Below are positions 13,337-27,957 of a stretch of DNA of 64,000 nt, piece by piece. The position numbers and the translations under genes are program-made. The stretch spans positions 1-64,000 of the forward strand of contig CALSCP010000364.1 in assembly GCA_943704425.1 (NCBI GenBank). The letters run 5' to 3'. The notes beneath the pieces were generated by a model. That model worked only from the letters and a program-made list of their open reading frames with translations. It did not search any database and was not told where the DNA came from. Numbering within the stretch: the first letter of the stretch is position 1; every line of letters begins with the position of its first letter. The DNA is from Ministeria vibrans ATCC 50519. Its lineage: Eukaryota; Protista; Filasterea.

Positions 13337-16043
13337 TTATAGATCCGTTGCTCCCACCTCAGTGCCCCTGACAACAAGTAGATCCGCTTGGGCATCGGCA
13401 GAGCCTCCCTCATCTTCCAGAGCAACCTTCACATACTTATAATCTTCTCCATCTTGGCCGTTCTCACCATCACATTCTTGTCCATCAACGGTAGAGCCCA
13501 CAGATAGAGCACCTGTCGCACTGTCTGAGTCATCCTCCGAGGCCTCTTCGTCAGCCGTCCGTGCGGCTCGTGCCCTTGCCGTCGCACTGAGGCTGGCCAT
13601 AAAGTCCTTCGCCGAATTATGTCGGTTGACGTCGAGTGATAAGCTCAGCGTTGTAGGCATACGAGGCAAGTGTGCACGCACAAGCACACACGTTGGTCTA
13701 AGTAAGTGGTACACCAAATCAGTCAAGAAAATTGCCTTCCGCGTAACATACTCTGAGCGCAAATGGCCTTCGTCGCAGAAGGGACAGAATATGCGGTAGT
13801 GGAGACAGTCGTTTTGAAGGTGCATGGCGATGTGGGCGGAGCGGGTGATGCCGGAGCGCTCGTTGATATCGTGGGAAGGAGCAACAAATGGGCAGCCTGT
13901 GTGCCAAAGAGGGCAGTGACGGAGAAAAGGTTCGTTGTGATGTGAGTGCTGCTGCTCGTCGTGCACCCTGCGCATATGCTCGAGCAGCTGAGCCCGCGGC
14001 AGGGCAATGCGACACGAGTGGAAGCGACAGCGCAGTGACTCGGGGCAGTCGTAAGTCATGTGGCTGGACAGTGCTTGGCGAGACAGAAGACAAAAGCAGG
14101 CGGGACAACGGCGCTTGGCCGAGTCGGCAGTGCACACGTGCGCATGATCCATGGTGGAGCAACGTCTCACGCCACAACCGCACAGCGGACACCGCACTGT
14201 CGTGCACCCACACAAGTCGTCTCCTCCGCACTGGTACCAGTCGTACGCAACTTCATTGTCTTCCATGTCCGTCCCACACTCTTCACCGTCGCAGAAGCGT
14301 GTTCCATCCTCCACCTCCGCACTTGCACGGCCCCTCTGGAAACGCCCACCAAACTGCTCCCATACACTCTCCGTGCCTTCCAGTGCCTTGCGTCGTGTCT
14401 CTTGCGCGCGCTCGCGGTACACCAAGTGCGCGCCACAACGTCGCTCGAGACGTCGCAGTGACCCTTCGTTTCGTGCGTACTCCCACGCCTCATGCAGACC
14501 CACCACATTGAGTGCCTGAAAAGAGAGACATGGAAGAAGAAAAAAAAGTAAAAAAAAAAAGATAAAGAGAGAGAGAGAGAAAGAGAGAGAGTGTGTGTGT
14601 GCGTGAGTGAATAAGTGAGTGAGTGAGCGAGTATATGTGCGTCTTGGCGCATCGTGTCGCCTATGGCATTCGTACGCGCAGGGCAGAAAGGGCATGCGCG
14701 AGGTCGACAAGAGCGGCTCCTCGAACGGCCGTCATGGCAATGCTGAGGGAGGACAGTCGACGGGAGTGCGTACAGATGGATGTCACGGTGCCATTGCCGA
14801 TGAGGCGATTACACGACAGACACAAGTGCGTCAGGTGGGGCGCCAGCGGCAGTGTGTTGGCCATGGTAGCGTCATCAATGCGCGCACAGTTGAACAGCGT
14901 TAGATCTATAAACAACAAAATAATATGAAAACACATCCTCTTCTTCCCACAGATGGGAATGGATAATAAAAGTACGAGTAAGGATATCGGAAGACACCTG
15001 AACCATGGTGGTGACAAGGGAGGGGGCAAGGAGCGGGTTGGAGTGAAGATGGAGCTGCTGGATGGGATGGAGGGTGTTGCCAAGCTCACGTAGGTCGGAG
15101 CCAATGCGGTCTAGGGTGAGAGAGCGAAGCGGCTGCGTTGGGAGAGCATTGAGACGTGCCGCGAGAACGCTGAGAGCGTCGGGACGCGGATAGACGTTCA
15201 TGAAAAGCCGACAGCCGATGAAGGAGATGGAGTGGAGGTTGGGAGACGCACTGAAGTACAACAAGAGTGATGAGTGGACGAAAAGAACCTTGAGATTCGA
15301 TTGGGTTGGACATACGAGCTAATGCAGTGTAGGGAGTAGAGCTGCGAGTGGCGCACCACCAGTGTTTCCAGGAGGGGAGCAGAGAGGACAATGGCACGGA
15401 GAATTTCGTCTGAGACGTGGGCAAAGTCAGCGTGACGCAAGTGCTGGAAGTTGAGCTTGCCGAGCCTGCAACACAAAGGTCGTTTAGACAGACAGAAGAT
15501 TGGCGCGCCTTACCTGGCCTCATCAAAAGGGAAAATAGCAGAAAAGGACATTTTGAGAGTGTGGAGGCGCTGTAAGAAGGGCAGGTGGGCAAGGTGGCCG
15601 GTCACAATGGTGCCCTCCAGCACGTCGAGCGCTGTGAGGGAGCTCGACGCTTCCGTAAGGCTGAACAGGCAGCCAGGCAGAAGTTGCGAGTGTAGAATGC
15701 GTAGGCCTTTGAGTTGCGTGTGGCTGATGTCGCAAAAGGCGAAGGGTGTGAGGTCGAATGGCGCTGCAACAAGTTCGTTTCGTTTGTTTGCTTCACGAAG
15801 AATTCTGACGGCTGTCTGCTTACCTTCGAGCGTGAGCGTGTTGATAGACATGTGGGGCTGTAAGAGGAACCGTACGACACTGTCCGTGGCATCTTCGCCC
15901 TCCACAACGACGTTTGGGGCTCGGAAAAAGTCAAGGGCGCAATATCGCCATTGTCGACAGACACGACCAGCAACAATCAGCGAGCTCAATGGAAGATACT
16001 CAAAAATCTTGACGATCAGCTCGTCGGGGAGACCCTGCCCCAT
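13337..16043 (-). CDS. F-box + LRR-like + C-terminal TRAF-type zinc finger protein (multi-exon)
   Basis: F-box LPDELIVKIFEYLPLSSLIVAGRVCRQWR; Leu-patterned repeats (LQRLHTLKM, LRSLTL, LTHLCLSCN); repeated CxxC..HxxxC/H motifs in the last exon. Confidence 0.75.
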
Positions 16044-16267
16044 TAGAGACAACGAGAAAGGAATAATCACGAAGATAAAAGATTAGATTAATAATCACAC
16101 TGAAGAAGGAAATAATTTATTATTTCAATTTTTTTTCGCTGATGAAGAGACTATTCAAGTCCAAGAGGAAAGATGGCAAGCAAGTGGAACCATGGATGCC
16201 GGCTAAAGTGAACGGTACGCGTGTGGCGTTTTTTCTTCTTTAATTTACGGTTTCCAATGACAACGAA

Positions 16268-18293
16268 ATGACGACCTCTCGAAAACGAACGCTGTGTGTA
16301 GAGTTCCTCCTTTCGCCGGTGTGGAAGACCCCCGTGATGTTGTTTCTCGAGGAGAACTGCGATATTTTCGAGCCGGTTGAGGAGAACAAGCTTGCGTACA
16401 CAAAGATCCATCGAGAATACCGTTCGCTGTGTGAAGAGCTCATTGACCGCTTCTTGCGCACCGCCGGACTCAGCGCGTCCCAGTTTGTTGAGGCATGTGG
16501 CTCGACTCAGGTCGAAACAAAGAATGAGAGCTATACTCATGCGGCGAGTAGCAAGGGGCCAGACGGCGACGGGAGCGTCGATACTGGGACATTAGGCGAC
16601 CATGAGACGTTAGCGTTGAGTGTGACGCGCGACAATGCTGTGGTGCACACCATTCTCGCCATGGACGATTTTATGGTATTCAAGCGAATCATGGTGCAGA
16701 AGAACATCGAGGTGGAGCTTGAGGTGGTGGACATGGCAAAACGAGAATGGGCAAAGCGCGTTGGGGGCAGTCCGGACGATGACATTGACCAACTTATCAA
16801 GAAACACAGTCGCGCAGCAGAACGGGAAATTGTGCGTGCGGTGGTGCAACGATCGGCGCACGAGGCAGAGGCATCACGGCGCGCCACAGACGCGCTGGAG
16901 GAGGAGATGCTCAGGCGTGCTATTGCATTGTCACTCCAAGATCAGAGTAAGCGATTCACTGTTGACATTAATTGACATAATGATATTATAATTAATAATT
17001 ATAGTTATTATAGTTTTTTAATGTTAATAATATTATTCTTATTATTTTTATACATTATTATTACGTCTTTTTACGTAAGTCGTTAATATTATTATTAATT
17101 ATTATTAATTATTTATTATTCAGATTTGAAACGGCAATTGGACGATAATGATGAGCAGCTGGACAGGGATATTGCCAAGGCAGTGTCGGCAAGCACTAGT
17201 GGGGGCGCAGGGGGAAGCAGTCAACTTGCAATGAGGAGGGAGCGTGTCGAACCGGAGCGGAAGAGCGAAGATGGTATAAGAAGTATAATAATAATAATAA
17301 GAATTTTATTATTATTATTGCTTTAATTTGAGGGCTGCCTGTATTATGCTGTAATTCTCACGTATTTTGAATGTGATTGCAATAAATATTGTAGAGGACG
17401 AAGAGTATCAGCGTAATCTGCAGAGGGCGCTGCTGATTTCGCAGGGGCGCGGCGGGCCGTCATATGAGACGGAACGGGCAGTGGCAGTGGTGCGGCGCAA
17501 GACCCAGTCGGATGTGCTCGTGTCGAGTGCCCCCCAGTCCCCGCTGCTGGGACGGCCACGCGTGCGCTCGCCCGGGAGCCCTCTGCCAGCGCTGCGCACG
17601 TCGCAGGAAGAAGCTACAGAACGACCTGCACTACCTGTGTCGTCGTCGAGCCCGTCCAGTGCCCGACAGACCTCCCCTCATCCGACCCATGTTACGCGCC
17701 CCTCTCGCGCCGGCTCGTCGACCCCGTCCCCCCGCACCGCCCGCCGTACGTCGCCCTCCCCGAGCCCCGTCCTGCTCAACCCACCCACGCCACGGTCTGC
17801 CAGCAGCCCCTCGCTGGGCACCCGTCGTGTGCTGCCACAGATCAAGCGCAAGGACGTCGACCCCGTCAAGGAACTAGCTGAGGAGGAGACAGTCGTGCTG
17901 GGACAGGTACGTGCGCCGGTGGGCAAACGCACTCTCAGCCCGGACCATGAGCCGGAGAGTACCGTATCACCAACCGACGCTGTGTCACCGAGTATTGCGG
18001 AGGTACACGTGCCTGGTCACGTGGACGGACACCTTGCTGGTGTTGACATGGTGCAGCGCCAGCGCTATCTGCAAGAGCACCGTGAGCGTCTCATGGTGCG
18101 CCGACGTCACGAGGCTGAAGAGGCATTGCGAGCGTATCGTGCGTCACAGGGCGACGCCGACGAGGCGACGAGCAACGACGACGGTGATGATGGAGATGGC
18201 GCCTCAGTCTTGAACGAGGTTGAAGACGACCGGAGAAAGGCCCTGCGTGAGGCGCTCACAGCCAAGCTCAAGCGAGATCTCTTCAATAAATAA
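16268..18293 (+). CDS. CFAP36: Cilia- and flagella-associated protein 36-like (BART domain, UIM-like helices)
   Basis: FLLSPVWKTPVMLFLEENCDIF..EENKLAYTKIHREY and AMDDFMVFKRIMVQKNIE; C-terminal RQRYLQEHRERL...LTAKLK; UIM-like EEEMLRRAIALSLQD. Confidence 0.8.
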
Positions 18294-18475
18294 CTAACAA
18301 ACACGGATCGTTGAAGGGCGGGGGGCGCGCGCATGCCTATGTGCTCGTTTGTGGGCGTACGGATGTAGTACCCTATGGGATATCGTCGAACAAACAACAA
18401 AAATATTAAAAAATTTAGTACTTTAGTTTTGGTTTGTTAGTTTTATTCTATAGTAGCTTCGAGTACCACGACAAG

Positions 18476-19416
18476 ATGCTTATTGTACTGGCCGAAGACC
18501 ACAAAGAGCATCTGAAATTCCTCTCTGAAGTGGACGGAGACGGTAAAGGAGAAGCGAGAAAAATGCAACTTTGCGTTTGACTGTGCTGCTGCTCGCCTGT
18601 GTAGTCGCATCCGAGTTCTGCCGGCTGTCGATGGGGTTTATTCGAAAGGGGCTGACGACCAAGGTGTTCGCGTCGGCGGCGCGTAAGGAACAGCGCATTT
18701 TTGCTTCTTCTGATGCGCTTGCTGTGCTCTCTAGAGAAACTGGGAGTGCCCGTGGACGCTGTACGGCACTGCGTGGAGGCCATTATGTTTCTGTTGACGG
18801 AGAGTAGCAAGTTGTTGGTGTCGGAGATTGATTTTCAGGTCGGCCAAAGAAAAACGGAAGAGCTTTTCACTCAACTCGACTCTGCTTAGGACTCGATTAT
18901 GACACTGGTGCTGCCCAAGGAGACGAGCGACGTGCTGCTGCAGGTAGGAGTCGAGTGCCGACGACCCGGCCGAGTGACTCTCTCTCTCTCTCTCTCTCTC
19001 TCTCCCTTTCTCTTCATCTTTCTCATTCACTCTCTGTCTGTTAGACGTATGTGGAGAACCGCAAGGAGATCCGGACCATTCTTGCGTCCATGTCCATGTC
19101 ACTGCGTCATTATTACGATCTGCAGTGGCGCTTTGATGTCATGGTGGCCGGGCGATGCGTGCGCGCCATGACCAACCCGGTGGTGGTGCTCAAACTGGAG
19201 ACCAAACAAGGCACTGGTGAGAATACACTTTTGTCATCCGTCGTGTTTTTTTTTGTTTGTTATTCTTATTTTTCTTTTGCGTGTGTAGACGACGCCATTT
19301 CGCATTTGCTGCAGACGGATCCGCTGTCGCTGCGCCATGTTATTGACGTGCTTGAGACGGCGCACCGTGAGCTCAAGACAGCGCACTGTCGTCGCATTCT
19401 GCGCAACATCAAGTAG
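18476..19416 (+). CDS. COMMD2: COMM domain-containing protein 2 (Commander/CCC complex), 6 exons
   Basis: Spliced protein MLIVLAEDHKEHLKFL...LLTESSKLLVSEIDFQDS...ENRKEIRTIL...LQWRFDV...LQTDP...HCRRILRNIK closely follows the COMMD2 pattern. Confidence 0.92.
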
Positions 19417-19473
19417 CTTCTCGCTAGCTCGCCTCTTTTGTATTGTACTTTTTTCCGTTTTTTTATTACTCAA

Positions 19474-20492
19474 TCATATCCCTTGGAATTTCTTGTATGC
19501 CTCGTGCACAAAGAAGAGCACCATGCAGGCAATGGAAAAGTCCTCAAAGCCAAAAAACCACGATACGAGTCCCACAAAGGCCAACGGAGGCACCGAAGCT
19601 CTCTGCAGCAGCACATAACATTAGTCGAATGGTCCTTTGTGCAGTAATCTCTTACAAATTCGCCGTGATAATGAACGCCCCCGGCATGTGGAGGAGCCTC
19701 GGGGGGCGCAGGGGCTTCGCCGCGCAGCTGCTCGGTGCGCTGTCGCAATTGCGTCTCAAGTGAGTCGTCGATTACCTCCGGCGCTTCATCTGCGTCGTCG
19801 TTGTGTGTGGAGTAAGAAAGTGATTGTATAAGTGAGCGAGTGAGTGTATGATTGTATGAGTGAGTGAGTAAGTCAGTCAGTCAGTGAGTGANNNNNNNNN
19901 NNNNNNNNNNNNNGTGTGTGTGTGTGTGCGTGTATCAGTGTGTGTATGTATTAGTGTGAGTAAGATACAGATCAAAGGGAATGGGAAAGTCGTGGCCTAC
20001 CTCGATCCAGTCGTCTTCGGTTGATGATTTCGCGCAGGGTGAATGCGGGGTGGATGGCGACAATGTAGGTGCGACACGACGGGCATTTCCAATTGCTACG
20101 GGGCGCCGACGCCAAGTGCTGGAGGATGCAGCGAGCACAAAACGAATGGCCACAGCTAATGTCTGTCGCCTGCGCAGTGTGTCAGTCAGACGGGGGGAAG
20201 GGGAACGAGGGGTTTCTTACTTGGACATACTCGCACTGCAAAGTTCACGATTCGACACATCAGCAGAGAAGAGAAATAAACAGAGGCGGATAAGGAGACA
20301 ACGCAGACTACTGTGACGTACCAAGCAGATAGGGCAGGTGAGCGAGGATTCTTCGCTTGGTTCGGATGGTCTGGGGGCAGTGTCGGGAACAGTCTGGCTT
20401 GCCGGCGGTGGGGGCGGCGGGGCATCCAGATCAGACACGTCTGGGTACAGTGACGAGTATGGCGGTGCAGATGGGCCAGAAGGTTGAGTCAT
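19474..20492 (-). CDS. RING-HC E3 ligase with C-terminal transmembrane segments (RNF5/RNF170-like topology)
   Basis: CPICL...CGHSFCARCI...CPSCR spread over exons; last exon is hydrophobic (LAFVGLVSWFFGFEDFSIACMVLFFV); one N gap inside an intron. Confidence 0.7.
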
Positions 20493-20606
20493 TTTTAAAT
20501 AAAAAATAAAATTAATGCTGCGGACTTGGGNNNNNNNNNNNNNNNTTACTTAGATCAAAAGTTCAAACTTCAAAGTTCAAGTCAAATCAAATTTTTATTG
20601 TTTGCA

Positions 20607-21686
20607 ATGTCTCGGGGCGGCCCTGGTATGGCGAGCGGGGCTGGCTCGTCGACGTCGGGCCAGCGCATGATGGACATTGCCAAGGGCTGCGAGGGTGTCA
20701 ATACGTTTACCGCCGCCGAAATCGAGTTTCTTGCCGAAGATGTGCCCGTGACAATCCTTCCAAACTTTAGCATGGACCCACTTGAGCTGATCCAGGTGCG
20801 TGCAGGGCTGTTTATCAGTGGCCTTTGTTGCTTTTCACTTTTTGGCGCTCTTTCGTTGTTTTTCAACGCCAAACGAGTCACTCGACTCCAAACGCCCACC
20901 CAACCGCTCTTGAGCCTGTGTGACTCGTGTCCATTGACCACCCGTCAGCTTTAAGCGACGCTCCATTGCTCCTTTTGCCAACGTTGCTCTTTTTAACCTC
21001 TTCGCTTTTCGTCAGGGCGCTGTTGGACCGTTTCAGCCTTCCCGTCCCGTCGACGTGCCTCTCTGGTTAGCAATAGTGTTTAAGAAGAGGCAAAAGTGCA
21101 AAATACAGCCTCCTTCCTGGCTCGAAGTGGGTATGCCAGTCAATCAATCAGCATTCCGTGCTATTCATCCAGTAACTAGTATTTTATATTGTATGCAAAC
21201 CTGTGTAGAGTTTCTCACCGAAGCACGGAATCGAGAGCGAGATGAGAAGGGAGCGTTTGTTAAGATGCCCGATCATTTTATGGAAATCTCGTTGGTTCTT
21301 CTCGACAAGTAGGCCACCAAAGGAAAAGAGGAACGATGCAATTCAATGCTGTCTTCTTGCTTTAGCGCACCTGACGATGTGCCAATGGCCAATCAGGTTC
21401 GGTTGTTGCTGCAGGATCTGTGGGAGACACGTTATGCCAAGGCACGAAATGGCCTGCGCTCACTCGACGCGGAAACGACCTTTGTGCAGGTCAGCCTATA
21501 GGATGCACAACAAAATGACACAGCGTACCCCCACATCTTCTCACTCGCCTCTTTATGTAGTTGAACAACATGTCACAGATGGAGCTGAACATGATCCGAC
21601 CGTTTTTCGCGCAGGCCATGGACCAGTTTTTCTCGCTGCGTCTGGCGCGCGACAGTCTCACGCAAGACGACCAAGACGACCGCTGA
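20607..21686 (+). CDS. GINS2: GINS complex subunit Psf2, 5 exons
   Basis: EIEFLAEDVPVTILPNF, GPFQP, VPLWLAIVFKKRQKCKIQPPSWL, APDDVP, LNNMSQMELNMIRPFF. Confidence 0.95.
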
Positions 21687-21819
21687 GGGGCCCGTGCGCA
21701 GCGTGCACCGCAGTAGCAACAGTAGTGTAACATTGATGAAGATACAAACAAAACAAAAAATACGTATACATATTAACTTAACAATGCCAATTTGATCGTG
21801 GCTGTGCCCTTCTATATAT

Positions 21820-22673
21820 CTATGGGCTCCCTTCGGTCAGTGTGTGTGTGCGCTGTCGTTTGCGCTCCCGCTCCGTCTTGATTTGTCGCGCATAGCACAC
21901 AGTCCGCCATTCAGTCTCTTTGGCGTCAAGAGACATGGTTGCGTGCGCAGGGCTGGTCGATGGGAGCACAAAGAGCGAGAGGGTGCGCGTGGCAGTGTCT
22001 TCGACTGCGCTTGTGTCGTCGTCACGCAGAAGTCGTTTGAACACTCGCTCAGCACGCTCATTGCCAGTCCGCAGGCGGATTCCCTCCGTATCGCCATCAC
22101 CCGTGCACCATAATCGGTGTTGCTGCTGGAAGAACGTTGCCGCCTGTTGACTGTTGAAGACTGAGCGACAAAGGATCCAAAACAATTAACTAAGTCATTA
22201 TTGTACTCTTGGTGTTAGGTTTCAGTTCGTACCAATCGCATCGATTGACGGATTCCTCTGTAGCACCTCCAGAACACCGCTAGACGTTGGGGCCACAATG
22301 GCCGAGTCGAGCGAGCCCGTGCGCGTACAGCGAGCAATCACATCCCACAGCGCAAAGCCCGCCGCCAGCAGCGCCTCCATCTGCGCCCTGTACGGCGTCG
22401 TCTGTCGCTCAAATCCCAGACAGCGCCCTGCAATCGTCCAGAAGGCATTTTGAGGATGTCCGTAGTACTGCGTCTTGGCGAGACTCTGCACAGAGGGACA
22501 ACTGCAGAGAGAGTGGTACTTAAACGAAGTTCACAAGTTTCAGTTTCAGTTTGTGCACACCTTCCCAATATCAGAGTGTGGGGCGCCACGTCTCGTGACA
22601 CCTGCGGATCAAATCCTAGCACTTCGTGTGCAGACGACGCCGCAGTTGGCGTGATCATCTTTCGTTTGCTCAT
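21820..22673 (-). CDS. UDG-superfamily DNA glycosylase, family-6 (hypoxanthine/deoxyinosine glycosylase)-like, 3 exons
   Basis: Spliced motifs LILGSCPSVQSL..QYYGHPQNAFW, FALWDVIARCTRTGSLDSAI and VLPSTSPAHA. Confidence 0.85.
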
Positions 22674-23438
22674 CGATTTAAAATTAGTGACTTGGATTTT
22701 TTTCAATCTTTTTCACTCTCTCAACCTCACCACAGAATATCATGGACTCTCCGTAAGTTCTACATAAATTAAAGTTTACATAGTCTCTTGCGTTTGTACG
22801 CAAGCAGTGTTCACTTGCACTAGAGAGAGAAAAAAAAACCTGTGAAGTTTGTTTGTTTGCCGATGTCGACTGCCACTCTTGTGGACTGGCAAACGGCACC
22901 AGCGCCAGTCGATGGCACTTAAGCGCATGTGTATGGTGCGGTGGGCGTGCGCATAGCGGCTCCCACGCCCGTCCAGTGCCAGAATCAGCAGTTCGATTAC
23001 GTTGCAAAAAAACGAGGAAAAAAAAAAACTTTTTCGGTGTTGGGCAAATGGAGTGAAAATATTGCTTGACGAACACGTGCATAACATGTGTCGCATAGCA
23101 CTGGAGCACCGTGGGCTATTGCAACGGCAGCTTGTTGTGCGACGTGGTCTTTTTTTTGACGAAACGACTCGCTGTTGGTTTGTTTGCCCCACTGCCAAAT
23201 CTCAGCCGAACGTCTACCTTTCGCACCGTCGTGTCGTGATTGTCGCTTAATCATGGTGTTTATGCATGATGCACTACATTAGAATCGTTTGCATGAACTT
23301 ATTCGGAACATATGACGTTTTTTTTTTTTTCCTAATGTTACGCGTCGCCTCTTTTATTTTTTTTGATCTTCAACTTTTTTTCTCCGTCTCAGACGAACTC
23401 CACGCACACCCAACCGGACCAAACGGCGTCGTGACGAA

Positions 23439-25244
23439 GTGTCGCCCCCGCAATTTGACACGGCCATCGATGCGCGCGCCCGCAAGAACTGCGACTCGCC
23501 CATGGCGCGCGAGAATGGCGCCGCCAACTCAAACGGCGTCTACGACTCGCCGCGCGCCTACAAGCGCTCACGACGCTCAGACGTGGCGTCACCGGGTGCT
23601 GCCTCGACAGGCGCGGACTCGCCGAGCACTCCGCAGGGAGCGTCGCCCACGGCACGGCGGACCAAGGGCAAGGGCATCCTCAAGCGCGCCAAGACGATGA
23701 CGCAGGTCATGATGCACTCCATGACCCCCGACCGGCTCAAGAGCAAGGCCGTCTACAAGTCGGTCATGAAGACAGTCCAGTCGCCGACGCGCGGCATGTC
23801 GCTGCGCAAGCAATTGCTTAGCCCCAAGAAAGCACAGACTCCCGGACGCAACACCAACAGCGACTACAACCGCTTTCAGAAGGAGAAGGAGAAGGAGAGC
23901 AGTGCGTCGGGTGCCCTTGGGCGCAGAGGATCAGTCAAGACGACTCGCAGCGCAACGGCAACATCATCGTCGGATGCCAACACGAACGAGTGGACAGAGA
24001 CTGTCACGGCCGAGTTGCTCGAGTCGCTGCCCAAACAGGATATTCTGCGCCAGTCCATTATCCACGAGCTGTTCAAGCTGGTGTACTTGTTCCAGCGGGA
24101 CGTCACAACGACGCAACGGGTTGTGTTGAGATCACTTCAGCAGCTGGGCAGTGACTACATGTCGGACGAGGAGCACAGAGCCATCTTTGCCAACTGGGAG
24201 GACTTTGTGGCGCCCAATGAGACGTTTATCAAGGCGCTGTCGGGTGCACGCCTGGCCAATGGCATGTACGGACCCATTGGGGCAGCCGTGCTGGGCTGGG
24301 TGACAACACTTGACGTGTACAAGGAGTACATTTCGCGCCAAGTCAACGCAGCGGAGGACCTCAACGTCGCCATGCGCACCAACAAAAACTTCAGCGACGT
24401 GCTCGAGCGTTACGAGAACATCAAGGCAAGCGAGCGCCTTGACCTCAAGGCCCACTTGGACCATCCTCGCCGCGTCTTTCAGCAGTACCCGCTGGTGCTG
24501 CAGCGCCTTATCAAGTGCACGCCGACCGAGCACGCAGACCACGCCAAGTTGCAGATGGGCCTGACCAAGCTGGAGCAGGCGGTGCAGGAGACGGACGCAC
24601 AGGCGGGCCATGCCAACCTCGTTGTGCTCAACCGAAAGCTAGCCTTCCCGCCCGAGAACAAGATGCGCCCCGACATTGACGGACCAGCACGTCGTTTGCT
24701 CCGCGAGGGCGTTGTCAAGCTGCGTGACGGCGATGGCTACGCCGTCCTCCTCAACAACTACCTTTACATGACCAAGCGCACGATCAAGGATCACCGCGCC
24801 GTCTTTACCGTCGTCCGTTTCGGCGCCATGCCCCTCGAGCGCGTCCACGTTACCCTCCCCGGCGAGTCGCTCAACCCTGACGCGCCCGCCACGTCGGACG
24901 TTTTCAGCGGTGCTACCGCTGCCGCAGAGCGTCCCGTGCGCCGCTCGGCATCTACTACAAGCCGCACTTTCGAGTACTCCAACAGCACATTGCGTCGCAA
25001 GGAGGCGGCCGCTCTCACGACCTTCTACGTGACACTCACGGCACGTCAGGCGGCGACGAGTGCCGTTCAAAAGATCTTTAAGGTGACCGTACCGACCATC
25101 GACGACTGTCATGCGTGGGTGCACGCCATCACAGACGCCGCACATCAGCGCAGGGCCGACCTCCACCTGCTTGACTCATTGTCCGATCAAGAGGACGACA
25201 ACGACAGCGACAGCGATGGCCTCGACGCCTCCTCGTCCGTCTAA
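23439..25244 (+). CDS. DH-PH Rho guanine nucleotide exchange factor (start uncertain; first in-frame ATG near 23502)
   Basis: RQSIIHELF, AIFANWED, YKEYIS, LDLKAHLDHPRRVFQQYPLVLQRLIKCTPTEHADH (DH); RLLREG..AVLLNNYLYMTK..WVHAI (PH). Confidence 0.8.
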   Translation: MSPPQFDTAIDARARKNCDSPMARENGAANSNGVYDSPRAYKRSRRSDVASPGAASTGADSPSTPQGASPTARRTKGKGILKRAKTMTQVMMHSMTPDRLKSKAVYKSVMKTVQSPTRGMSLRKQLLSPKKAQTPGRNTNSDYNRFQKEKEKESSASGALGRRGSVKTTRSATATSSSDANTNEWTETVTAELLESLPKQDILRQSIIHELFKLVYLFQRDVTTTQRVVLRSLQQLGSDYMSDEEHRAIFANWEDFVAPNETFIKALSGARLANGMYGPIGAAVLGWVTTLDVYKEYISRQVNAAEDLNVAMRTNKNFSDVLERYENIKASERLDLKAHLDHPRRVFQQYPLVLQRLIKCTPTEHADHAKLQMGLTKLEQAVQETDAQAGHANLVVLNRKLAFPPENKMRPDIDGPARRLLREGVVKLRDGDGYAVLLNNYLYMTKRTIKDHRAVFTVVRFGAMPLERVHVTLPGESLNPDAPATSDVFSGATAAAERPVRRSASTTSRTFEYSNSTLRRKEAAALTTFYVTLTARQAATSAVQKIFKVTVPTIDDCHAWVHAITDAAHQRRADLHLLDSLSDQEDDNDSDSDGLDASSSV

Positions 25245-25405
25245 CTCCCCGACTCTTACTCGTTTGCCTGTCTAATTATCTCTCTCTCTCTTTCTTTCTG
25301 TGCGTGTCGTACCCTTCCCTAATTTAATCTGCTCAATACAATTTCACATGAAACTTGTTGCATTCACTCCGTCGATGCATGTGTCTGTGTCGCACCGCCC
25401 GTGTA

Positions 25406-27783
<2,378 letters not shown>

Positions 27784-27957
27784 CGTCAGCTTCGGCCGAA
27801 GCTGCGCGTTTCATTTCTTAGTCGTTACAGTAAATTAGTGTGTAAACACTAAACTGTAATATAAAAACAGAAACGTTTCATTTGTCTGTCGAGAATAACA
27901 CTCGAGATCAGTCAAAAGAGAAAAATCTAGTCAGACAAAAACCTCACGTTCACAGTG

